Shown here in pieces: positions 50,928-58,616 of a stretch of 64,000 bases of DNA. Source of the DNA: Oligoflexales bacterium (lineage in GTDB: Bacteria > Bdellovibrionota_B > Oligoflexia > Oligoflexales > CAIYRB01); the NCBI GenBank assembly GCA_041736175.1, contig JBGSUI010000056.1, forward strand, positions 1 through 64,000. Reading direction: 5' to 3'. Numbering within the stretch: the first letter of the stretch is position 1; each line of letters starts with the position of its first letter. The translations under genes were made by a program, and so were the position numbers. Below the pieces are notes generated by a model. It ran no database searches. It was not told the DNA's origin and saw nothing but the letters and a program-made list of their open reading frames with translations.

Positions 50928-50946
50928 TGATTCGCCCCGGGGCGAA
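50928..50946. repeat. Second copy of the dispersed palindrome, TGATTCGCCCCGGGGCGAA
   Basis: 18/19 identical to 49123-49141; core TTCGCCCCGGGGCGAA is a perfect palindrome. Confidence 0.8.
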
Positions 50947-51031
50947 CTGGTCGAGGTGGAAGAAGGGGGACCATATGACGATGGATTTAATTGGGAAATA
51001 CCTAATTATTATAATATATTACATTGGTATG

Positions 51032-51118
51032 CAGCGCAAAATAGGAAAATTTTTACATTTGCGCTGTAAATGTGTTTAAATGACAGCGCAAATTGAAGAA
51101 ACTCCTCGATTTGCGCTG
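51032..51118. promoter_or_regulatory. Four alternating CAGCGCAAA/TTTGCGCTG boxes with exact 26-bp period (operator-like array)
   Basis: Boxes start at 51032(+), 51058(-), 51084(+), 51110(-), each separated by a 17-bp spacer, in AT-rich DNA upstream of the ATPase gene. Confidence 0.75.
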
Positions 51119-51165
51119 TACTTAGTTGTATACATTTGATTATATTAAGATATTGGAGTCACAAA

Positions 51166-52641
51166 ATGTCCTACTACCAGGTTATCCCCAACCCTAATTT
51201 TGTAGGTCGACAATTGGAGATGGCCAAACTAGCTGAGATTCACCTAGCCCACGAGGCTAGCATCATTATTGTTTCGGGTCGCCGTAGAGTTGGTAAAACC
51301 GAATTGATCGAACAGTTTTTTCGCAATGACCGCATCCTTAAATTTGAAGGGATTCAAACTAAACAATCTCGTGGCCGTTCCTATAGGGCTGCACTTCAAA
51401 AGCAATTTGACATAGTCCTACACCGCCTAAACACTTACGAACTGCCTGTTCCATCAGGTCACATTATCAAGTGTTGGAATGATTTTTTTGAACTCATTTC
51501 GCCCTGGGCATCCAAGGAGCCCATCATCCTGTACTTTGAGGAGATTCAGTGGCTTTCTGTCTACCAAGATGACTTTCTGGCCGAACTTAAACCAATTTGG
51601 GATGATAAATGGCGCCATAATCCAAAACTCAGAATCGTTATCTCTGGATCGTCGCCCTCTTTTATAGCGCGCCAGTTTATGAGTTCCAACGCCATTTATA
51701 ATCGCTCTGATCATCATATTTACGTAAATCCATTTAAGCCATACGAAGCAAAAGCCATGCTTCCAGACCGCGGTATGCGGGAGGCCCTCCTCGCTATTTT
51801 GCTGGTTGGGTCGATTCCCGGGTATCTTAAAAGATTCCAAACACCCAAAAGCGTTCTTGAAACCATCTACGAAGAGTCTTTCTCCCGTAACGGCTATTTT
51901 GCTCATGAATACGAACGCGTCTTTGTGAGTTCGATGGCTGATTCGAGTTATTACCGGCAAATTATCGGAACCCTCAGCAAACGCGGTCCCCTCAATCGAG
52001 CAGAACTGGCCGAAAAAGTCACTGGATCAGACCGTGCTGGAGGCGAATTCACTAAGGTTTTAGATGATCTTGTCCGTTGTCAATTTTTAGATGAATACAC
52101 CTCTATCCATACGCCAAAGGCCCAAAACCGCAAAAAATATCGCATCTCAGATCCCTTTCTTTTATTTTACCATGGGTTTATCCATCCGCAGCAGAGTAGG
52201 ATTGCCCAAGGCTATTTTGATCAAAAGTGGAGCACAGCGGTGTCTGAACGCTCCCTCACCAACTACCTCGGTTTTGCTTTTGAAAGGTGGGTTCGGGACA
52301 ACACACCCCAAATAGCCAAGATCCTGGGATTTGACGGCGTCCATTACTCTGGGGGATCTTTCTACCACAAATCACAACCAGGTTTTCAGATTGATCTGCT
52401 TATGGAACGTGCTGATCATACTCTGCTCGTTATAGAAGCCAAATATACAAACACACCACTTACCTCAAAAGTGGCCACCGAAGTCGATCTTAAAATCAAC
52501 CGAATGCTAGAAAGCTATCCCCGTTACAGTGGATTTACAATTCGCAAAGTTTTAGTGGTCAATGACAAAACCTATGTCCCCAAATCTCTGCAGGAGAGGT
52601 TTGACCATGTTTTGTCAAGCGATGAGTTTTTTTCCACCTAG
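51166..52641 (+). CDS. Archaeal-type AAA ATPase with wHTH and C-terminal PD-(D/E)XK nuclease (ATPase_2/DUF234 type)
   Basis: GRRRVGKT, YFEEIQW, ISGSS, GSIPGYL, YRISDPFL.FY, G.AFE, QIDLL...IEAKY; GGAG supports ATG 51166. Confidence 0.85.
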   Translation: MSYYQVIPNPNFVGRQLEMAKLAEIHLAHEASIIIVSGRRRVGKTELIEQFFRNDRILKFEGIQTKQSRGRSYRAALQKQFDIVLHRLNTYELPVPSGHIIKCWNDFFELISPWASKEPIILYFEEIQWLSVYQDDFLAELKPIWDDKWRHNPKLRIVISGSSPSFIARQFMSSNAIYNRSDHHIYVNPFKPYEAKAMLPDRGMREALLAILLVGSIPGYLKRFQTPKSVLETIYEESFSRNGYFAHEYERVFVSSMADSSYYRQIIGTLSKRGPLNRAELAEKVTGSDRAGGEFTKVLDDLVRCQFLDEYTSIHTPKAQNRKKYRISDPFLLFYHGFIHPQQSRIAQGYFDQKWSTAVSERSLTNYLGFAFERWVRDNTPQIAKILGFDGVHYSGGSFYHKSQPGFQIDLLMERADHTLLVIEAKYTNTPLTSKVATEVDLKINRMLESYPRYSGFTIRKVLVVNDKTYVPKSLQERFDHVLSSDEFFST

Positions 52642-52718
52642 GGAACTCAGCGACAGCCCGAGTCGGTTAACTCTGGTCATTTTTTACTCGTGATATTGAT
52701 AATCCCATTCATCCCTGT

Positions 52719-53081
52719 TCACAGTGGGAGGCCCTTGTTTTTGCCGGCCAGAAAATCTTTGATGATGGCGGTTTGGATTTCGATAAACATGGATATCAAT
52801 TTCCTCAATAAAGGATCGCTGATGCCCTCATCGCCGACACTCCGTCCGACAGCCGTTTTTACCAGCAGATATTGATCAACATGAAGGTAGACATGCTTCG
52901 ATATGGCTCCGACTGCCGACAAACGCTCGGCACGATTGATGGCCGCGACGAACGAGCCCTCCGTTTCATATGCTATTCTGATGGAGTTTCTGGTTTGAGA
53001 CGACGCCCCGCATTTTGGGCCGAATCCTCGTGCTCGGCTTTCTGGACCAGTCAATTCTCGTCCGCAATATGAACACCTCAT
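52719..53081 (-). CDS. DUF6011-like zinc-finger protein
   Basis: MRCSYCGRELT.PES.ARG.GP.C motif; ATGA overlap with the upstream gene. Confidence 0.7.
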   Translation of the reverse strand: MRCSYCGRELTGPESRARGFGPKCGASSQTRNSIRIAYETEGSFVAAINRAERLSAVGAISKHVYLHVDQYLLVKTAVGRSVGDEGISDPLLRKLISMFIEIQTAIIKDFLAGKNKGLPL

Positions 53082-53389
53082 TCGGCCGCCTTGAATCGAT
53101 ACGGAGCTAATATATGACCGCCGACCTTGCAGATGACGTCGAATTCGTCGTCTGGGTTGGCCTTAAACTGGTGGATGACGTCGAAATAATTTGGCGACCC
53201 TTTGGTTGGTATGTATCGTCTAAAAAGGCGTGGGGTGTCGTCGAATGTTTTGGTTTCCAAACCGCCAGTCGCGTATAGGGAGTCGCCATTTTTAGAAAAG
53301 AAGGTCCTATCGTAGGAGAACACCTTCGTTTCCCAGTCATAAATCGCTAGAATACCTTTGTCTTTTACCACCTCAATAATTTTTTTCAT
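53078..53389 (-). CDS. Hypothetical protein
   Basis: ATGA overlaps on both sides with AAGGA RBS; no recognisable motif. Confidence 0.65.
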   Translation of the reverse strand: MKKIIEVVKDKGILAIYDWETKVFSYDRTFFSKNGDSLYATGGLETKTFDDTPRLFRRYIPTKGSPNYFDVIHQFKANPDDEFDVICKVGGHILAPYRFKAAE

Positions 53390-53934
53390 TTAAGATCCTT
53401 TTGGTTTAATGTGGCTTTTACATTGATGTCCTCAGAGGTTCTTTTTGGCGTGGCCACCGAGTCCCTGAGAAGCAGATTCTCGGCCAGTATGTCGTAATCT
53501 GGACGCATCCGCTCAGTCATGAGCTTAGGGTCTATGGCCACCACCTTAAGCACGTTCCAAAGCTGGAACGATGGCGTCACTTTCTTTGAGCGGATGCTGG
53601 AGAGCCAGGAGGGGGCCACGCCGAGACGACGTGCCATCTCCTCGAAGGACAGTCCGGATTTTGATTTGATGATATCAAGGAACTGGCTCGCCTGGTCCCT
53701 GACGGAGGCCTCGACTGCCTCGTCCGTCCGCTCCGGGTCTCCAGGTCCACTGGCTGTCTCCCCGCATTCACGGCATGCCCAAAGGACAAGGTCGACAGTT
53801 AGGAGGACGCCGGGGAAGTCCTTCCAAGGGGAATCCCGCCATCCCTTGACGTTTTTACGGGCGTAAGCTTTCGCCCCGCACCCGCCGCATCTTTTGTTTG
53901 AAAGGTCCATGGCAATCTCCGGTCTACGCGACAT
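53386..53934 (-). CDS. Zinc-ribbon + XRE HTH protein (MqsA-like architecture)
   Basis: CGGCG...CRECGE zinc ribbon; KSGLSFEEMARRLGVAPSWLS.I...K..PS HTH. Confidence 0.75.
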   Translation of the reverse strand: MSRRPEIAMDLSNKRCGGCGAKAYARKNVKGWRDSPWKDFPGVLLTVDLVLWACRECGETASGPGDPERTDEAVEASVRDQASQFLDIIKSKSGLSFEEMARRLGVAPSWLSSIRSKKVTPSFQLWNVLKVVAIDPKLMTERMRPDYDILAENLLLRDSVATPKRTSEDINVKATLNQKDLK

Positions 53935-53955
53935 CTCATCATTTACCTCTAAAGG

Positions 53956-53982
53956 TATCGGCGGGTCAATGAAGAAACTTTA
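53956..53982 (-). promoter_or_regulatory. Sigma28 (FliA)-like promoter
   Basis: Minus strand reads TAAAGTTT-N12-GCCGATA about 20 bp upstream of ATG 53934; consensus is TAAAGTTT-N11-GCCGATAA. Confidence 0.55.
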
Positions 53983-54352
53983 ATTCAATTTGATATATGG
54001 ACTTAACTATTCGTAATTACATAATGTGCTACCATAATTCGAAGGTGGAGAATTAAAACTGTTTGGCCACGACGGCGTCGTAAACGGCCCCCGGTTCACA
54101 GTGGGTGAATGTTAGGGAGTGGATTTGCAAACTGATTATTGGTTGTCGTCAGGCTACTCGATCAGCACGGGCAAGCGCTCTCTATTTTTAACGAGCCACC
54201 TGCGATACATGGATGATACCTTGAACGGTTTACTCCCAGTAAGGAATTGGTTCCCAATTTGAACTGGACGTGCTTCCTCTTGTCTCTGGAGACAAGGCAG
54301 ATCAGGGAAATCACACACCATCGCCGATAGGGCTCTTGGCTGCCTAGAGAGA

Positions 54353-56200
54353 CTAAGCTCCCCCTTGGGGTGCCGGTGCCACTGCCAATGATTTGAGCAC
54401 ATGGCACTGGATGGAAACTTTTTTACCCTTTAGCTTGAGGGTCTCCGAGCGTTCTACCAGGACCTTATCTTTAATCAAGAGGAGGGTGGCATCGCTGACC
54501 AGCACGTGGTCCTTAGGTGCATTGCTTTCCAGCCTTTGGGCGGTGTTGACCGTATCACCGATGACGGTAAAATCCCGCCGAAATGCTTTGCTACCAAGGT
54601 CTCCAAAGATCAACTCCCCGGAATGGACCCCGATCCGGATATGGACTGATTCTTCTTGCTCCTGCTTTTGGCTGTTGATGGCCTTAAGCTTGTCGATCAT
54701 TTCGAGGGCGGCTTTGGCGGCACCGTAGGCGTTGTCCGCCGGAGACTTTCCATAAAAAACCGCCATAATGGCATCGCCGATAAACTTGTCGACGATTCCC
54801 CCGTTGGACTTGATGATGGTCACCATGTCGTCGAAATAGGAGTTAAGGAGGTTGATGATTTCTTCGGGTGTTCGTTTTTCGCTCATTTCCGTAAAGCCAC
54901 AAACATCAGAAAACAGCACCGCCGCATGATCCCGGTAGGAGGTCATCATCTGGGTTGACCCGCTCTTGGCCCGTTCAGCCGCTTGTTTGACGGCGGCGTC
55001 CGACATATAGGAAATCATAGCCTCCCGCTCTCTGCGAACCCGCGCTTCGGCCAGGAGACGTTCTACTAGGGCGAGCATCTTATCAGCGGTGAAGGGCTTG
55101 GTGACAAACTCGGAGACCCCGGCGGCCCGTGCTTTGGTCTTTTCAACTTGTTCGTCCCGTCCCGTTAGCATCACGATAGGAAGGAGCTTAAAGGCATCCT
55201 GCTGGCGAAGCTTTCGGGTGAGTTCTCGCCCATTCATTCCCGGCATCTCAAAGTCGGTAATCACCAGTGCTGGGCTCAGAGACTGGGCGAGTTTGAGCCC
55301 CTCATCACCTTTCGTAGCTGTCGACACTCGGAAACCTTGATTCTCCAAGGCATTGACGACGATGCTAAGCATGACTTTGCTATCATCCACCACCAGAAGA
55401 TGCTCCCGCTGTTTTTTCATCTCGTTGTAAAGAAAACCCCTGAGCTTGTTGATCATCTCATCCGCATCCACGGGTTTCACCATATAGTCGTCCGCACCTG
55501 CATCAAAGCCTTTGTCGATCTCAAAGCTCTGGCTGAGGGTTGAGGAAATAATCACGGGCAGTCGGGAATAATCCTTATGGTTTTTGACCCAAGAACAGAC
55601 TTCATAACCAGACATCTCCGGCATCTCAATATCGGTGATCACAAGATCAGGACTGACCTTTGGAATCATCTCTAAAGCCTGTTTGCCGTTGTAGGCATGA
55701 AACAGTTCGTAGTTTTCATGGGTGAGGATGCCAGCAATCATTTGATGGATCACCCGGGAGTCGTCGACGAGCAGGACCTTTTTGCGTCGGCTGATGCTAG
55801 CTTCCAAGAGGTTACTTAACTGCTCCACTTCAAAGGGGAAGGCAATAAAGCTGTCCGCGCCCGCTTTTTTTGATGCCGCTTCCGCCTCCTGGGAGGTGGA
55901 GAGGGCGACGATGTAAACAGTGCTGGTTTCGTTATGGTGTCGGAGTTTCTGGATCACTTCGGAAATCTCGGCGCGCTCGGTACCGTGGGATTCCATGCCG
56001 TACTGGATAATCAACAGATGGGGATGTTTAGTCCTCACACAATTTATAATCTCTGAGGGTTTGTCGATTTGGATGGGGGTAATCCCTAACTTAAGAAAAG
56101 ATTGCCCGACCATGGTCCGGATCAGCTTAGAAGTCGCCACAACACAAACTGAAAGGGTGGACAGCTCCATTTTTTGCAAGGTTTCCGAAGATAATTTCAA
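54353..56200 (-). CDS. Class III adenylate cyclase with three N-terminal receiver domains (first degenerate)
   Basis: REC2 VDD..ITDIEMP..KP and REC3 VDD..ITDFEMP..KP intact; REC1 has Q at the phospho-Asp position; LFSDVCGFT, DKFIGDA, FTVIGDTVNTAQRLE (K/T ATP-specifying residues). Confidence 0.9.
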   Translation of the reverse strand: MKLSSETLQKMELSTLSVCVVATSKLIRTMVGQSFLKLGITPIQIDKPSEIINCVRTKHPHLLIIQYGMESHGTERAEISEVIQKLRHHNETSTVYIVALSTSQEAEAASKKAGADSFIAFPFEVEQLSNLLEASISRRKKVLLVDDSRVIHQMIAGILTHENYELFHAYNGKQALEMIPKVSPDLVITDIEMPEMSGYEVCSWVKNHKDYSRLPVIISSTLSQSFEIDKGFDAGADDYMVKPVDADEMINKLRGFLYNEMKKQREHLLVVDDSKVMLSIVVNALENQGFRVSTATKGDEGLKLAQSLSPALVITDFEMPGMNGRELTRKLRQQDAFKLLPIVMLTGRDEQVEKTKARAAGVSEFVTKPFTADKMLALVERLLAEARVRREREAMISYMSDAAVKQAAERAKSGSTQMMTSYRDHAAVLFSDVCGFTEMSEKRTPEEIINLLNSYFDDMVTIIKSNGGIVDKFIGDAIMAVFYGKSPADNAYGAAKAALEMIDKLKAINSQKQEQEESVHIRIGVHSGELIFGDLGSKAFRRDFTVIGDTVNTAQRLESNAPKDHVLVSDATLLLIKDKVLVERSETLKLKGKKVSIQCHVLKSLAVAPAPQGGA

Positions 56201-56243
56201 CGAGAGCCTTTCTTATAAACGATCCCAGCTTCTCGCTTGTTGT

Positions 56244-56269
56244 CTTCGGATTCATGCTGACAAACTTGA
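56244..56269 (-). promoter_or_regulatory. Sigma28-like promoter for the cyclase gene
   Basis: Minus strand reads TCAAGTTT-N11-TCCGAAG. Confidence 0.45.
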
Positions 56270-56384
56270 ATCAAATAATTGTCGCAGAATCACCACAGAA
56301 TCTGCAAATAAATGACACATAAAATATTTAAAATCCTGATTTCAAATGTTTATGTTTAATCCTTATGGGTCAACCAAAATAAAC

Positions 56385-56410
56385 TAAATCTCCTGACCTA
56401 AATTCCGAAA
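56385..56410 (+). promoter_or_regulatory. Sigma28-like promoter for the che operon
   Basis: TAAA-N15-TCCGAAA about 40 bp upstream of cheA ATG 56452. Confidence 0.4.
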
Positions 56411-56451
56411 CAAAGCCGATGTTTCGCTGTCCCCATGGAGAGGCTCGATTA

Positions 56452-58098
56452 ATGGACGATCTCGACAATCTCAGACAACTCTTTTTAGAAGAAGCTTCTG
56501 ACCTGCTAGAAGGCACCGAACGCTCGTTTCTCGAACTCGAATCCCAGCCTAACGATCCCACGACGATCGACCAAATATTTCGACTGGCCCATAGTCTGAA
56601 GGGCAGCGGTAAAGCTGTGGGATATAAAGATATCGCTGCATTGACCCATTCCTTCGAATCTTTGCTGGTTAAGATAAAAAAGCACGAAGTCCCGGTCGAC
56701 CGCCCCATGATCGACCTGCTTTTAAAGTGTAATGACACCTTAAAGCAGTGGATAGGCCTTTTAAAAAGAGATGAGCATGCCTCCTTTTCCTATCAGGACT
56801 TAGTAGTAGAACTCGATGAAGCCTGTGCCGGAAGGAAATACGAGCCGGCGATCGTCCCGTCTCCAGAGTTCCAGTCACTTGATGCCCCCCCTCTTGATGC
56901 CCCCCCTCAAACTGCTAAGCCAAAACAGCCGGAGGCCCCCTCTGACGACTCCATCCGCGTCAAGCTTAACAAGATAGACGATCTGGTCAACGAAGTGGGC
57001 GAGCTTGTGATACTGCAGACGGTCCTTAAACAACAAAAGCTTTTAATTCAATCATCACTGATCCAAAAGACTATTGATCAACTCAGCAAGATTACCCGTA
57101 GAATCCAAGATAATTCCCTACGACTACGGATGATCCCCCTTAAAACGATCTTCCAAAAAATGCAGCGCGTGGCTCGGGATACCTCTAAGTCCCTTGGCAA
57201 GGAGGTCAATGTCCATTTAAGTGGCGAAGATTTCGAACTCGACAAGACCATGGTCGATAAACTTTCTGATCCATTAGTCCACCTTATCAGAAATGCGGTC
57301 GACCACGGGCTTGAGGCGTCGGACCAGCGGACTGCCCTAGGTAAAACCCTCCAATCCAATGTTTGGCTCAGGGCCCAGCACCAAGGTGGAAAGCTGCTTA
57401 TTGAAGTACGCGATGATGGAAAGGGTATTGATCCAGTGGCGATTCGCAAAAAAGCAGAGGAAAAAGGCCTGGTGCGACCCGAAGACGTCTTGTCCGAGGA
57501 GGCGACTATTAAGCTTATTTTTGAGCCTGGGTTTTCTACCAAAGCGGAAATTTCTGAATTTTCTGGGCGAGGGGTCGGCCTCGATGTGGTGAGGACCAAT
57601 ATTGCAGATATGAAGGGGGAGCTGCAGATTGAAAGCGAGATCGGAAAAGGCACATCGTTTCGTATTTACCTGCCCCTGACCCTGGCCATCATCGAGGGTA
57701 TCGTTATCAAGCTCAACGATGACGAAAAGTATGTGATCCCCATGTTTCAGGTCAAAGAAATAGTGGAGTTAACAGCAGAGCAAGTCCATACCATGGGCCA
57801 GAAAAACAATGTTTTTGTGTTACACGGCAGGACCGTGCCCATCTACAATCTCGGCACAATCTTAAAGCGTCCTTATAAAACCGCCCCAAAGCGAACGGTG
57901 GCCATTGTGGTCGAAGTGTCTCAGAAACAACACGCCTTTCTTGTGGAAGAAGTGATGAACCAGCAGCAGGTGGTGATTAAAAAACTTGGCCCCGACATCG
58001 CAAAGATCATGGGAATTACTGGAAGCGCTATTTTAGGCGATGGTAAGGCGGCTCCAATTCTGGATCTAGACGAAATCGTTATAGGGAGGGTCCAATGA
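56452..58098 (+). CDS. cheA: Chemotaxis histidine kinase CheA lacking the P2 domain
   Basis: IFRLAHSLKG Hpt, SIRV dimerisation domain, HLIRNAVDHG, DDGKG, FEPGFST, SGRGVGLDVV, C-terminal CheW domain; only a short Pro-rich linker between P1 and P3. Confidence 0.95.
   Translation: MDDLDNLRQLFLEEASDLLEGTERSFLELESQPNDPTTIDQIFRLAHSLKGSGKAVGYKDIAALTHSFESLLVKIKKHEVPVDRPMIDLLLKCNDTLKQWIGLLKRDEHASFSYQDLVVELDEACAGRKYEPAIVPSPEFQSLDAPPLDAPPQTAKPKQPEAPSDDSIRVKLNKIDDLVNEVGELVILQTVLKQQKLLIQSSLIQKTIDQLSKITRRIQDNSLRLRMIPLKTIFQKMQRVARDTSKSLGKEVNVHLSGEDFELDKTMVDKLSDPLVHLIRNAVDHGLEASDQRTALGKTLQSNVWLRAQHQGGKLLIEVRDDGKGIDPVAIRKKAEEKGLVRPEDVLSEEATIKLIFEPGFSTKAEISEFSGRGVGLDVVRTNIADMKGELQIESEIGKGTSFRIYLPLTLAIIEGIVIKLNDDEKYVIPMFQVKEIVELTAEQVHTMGQKNNVFVLHGRTVPIYNLGTILKRPYKTAPKRTVAIVVEVSQKQHAFLVEEVMNQQQVVIKKLGPDIAKIMGITGSAILGDGKAAPILDLDEIVIGRVQ
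56878..56907. repeat. Perfect 15-bp tandem duplication (CTTGATGCCCCCCCT x2 = LDAPP LDAPP) in the CheA linker
   Basis: Read directly. Confidence 0.85.
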
Positions 58099-58601
58099 AA
58101 GAAGAACAACTTCCGGACAAAGACGTTAAAAATGGCGCAGAAAGACATCTGATTTTTTCCCTAGGGCCCGAAGAGTATGCGGTTCCGATTTTAAAGGTCA
58201 AAGAGGTGATCGAGATCCTTGATATCTCGCCCATTCCCCATACCCCTAAATACTATCTGGGGATTATGAATTTACGGGGCATGGTCATTTCTATCATCGA
58301 TCTCCGCCTAAAAATCAAAGGAGTTTCTCAGGAGATCACCAAGAAAAGCGCGGTGATCATCCTCGACTTTGGGGTTTTTTGCTTCGGGATCGCGGTGAGT
58401 TCTGTAAACCGGGTGATTCCCATCCAACACGAAGAGATCAAAGAGAGGCCCGCCATGGAAAGTATCGAGAGCCTGCAGTATATCCAGGGCGTTGTGTATC
58501 GAGATAAAAAGCTTATTCTCATACTCGATGTTTCCAAAGCCCTAAATCTTGATGATTTGGATACTATTAAAAACCCTGAGCAAAAAATCAAAATAGCATA
58601 G
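58095..58601 (+). CDS. cheW: Chemotaxis coupling protein CheW
   Basis: F.LG.EEYA..I..V.EVI and GIMNLRG.VI..IDLR motifs. Confidence 0.95.
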   Translation: MKEEQLPDKDVKNGAERHLIFSLGPEEYAVPILKVKEVIEILDISPIPHTPKYYLGIMNLRGMVISIIDLRLKIKGVSQEITKKSAVIILDFGVFCFGIAVSSVNRVIPIQHEEIKERPAMESIESLQYIQGVVYRDKKLILILDVSKALNLDDLDTIKNPEQKIKIA

Positions 58602-58616
58602 GAGGATTATTTTTTT

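Noticed and set aside
51032..51118. Possible mini-CRISPR array
   Set aside because: Repeats are only 9 bp, alternate in orientation, have 17-bp spacers, and no cas genes are present; an operator array fits better.
50888..54150. Prophage or integrative element
   Set aside because: No integrase, structural or replication genes and no convincing att direct repeats; reported only as accessory genes.
54154..54407. Short minus-strand ORFs as the missing MqsR-like toxin
   Set aside because: They overlap the cyclase 3' end, lack toxin-like features, and end more than 200 bp from the MqsA-like gene with a promoter-like motif in between.
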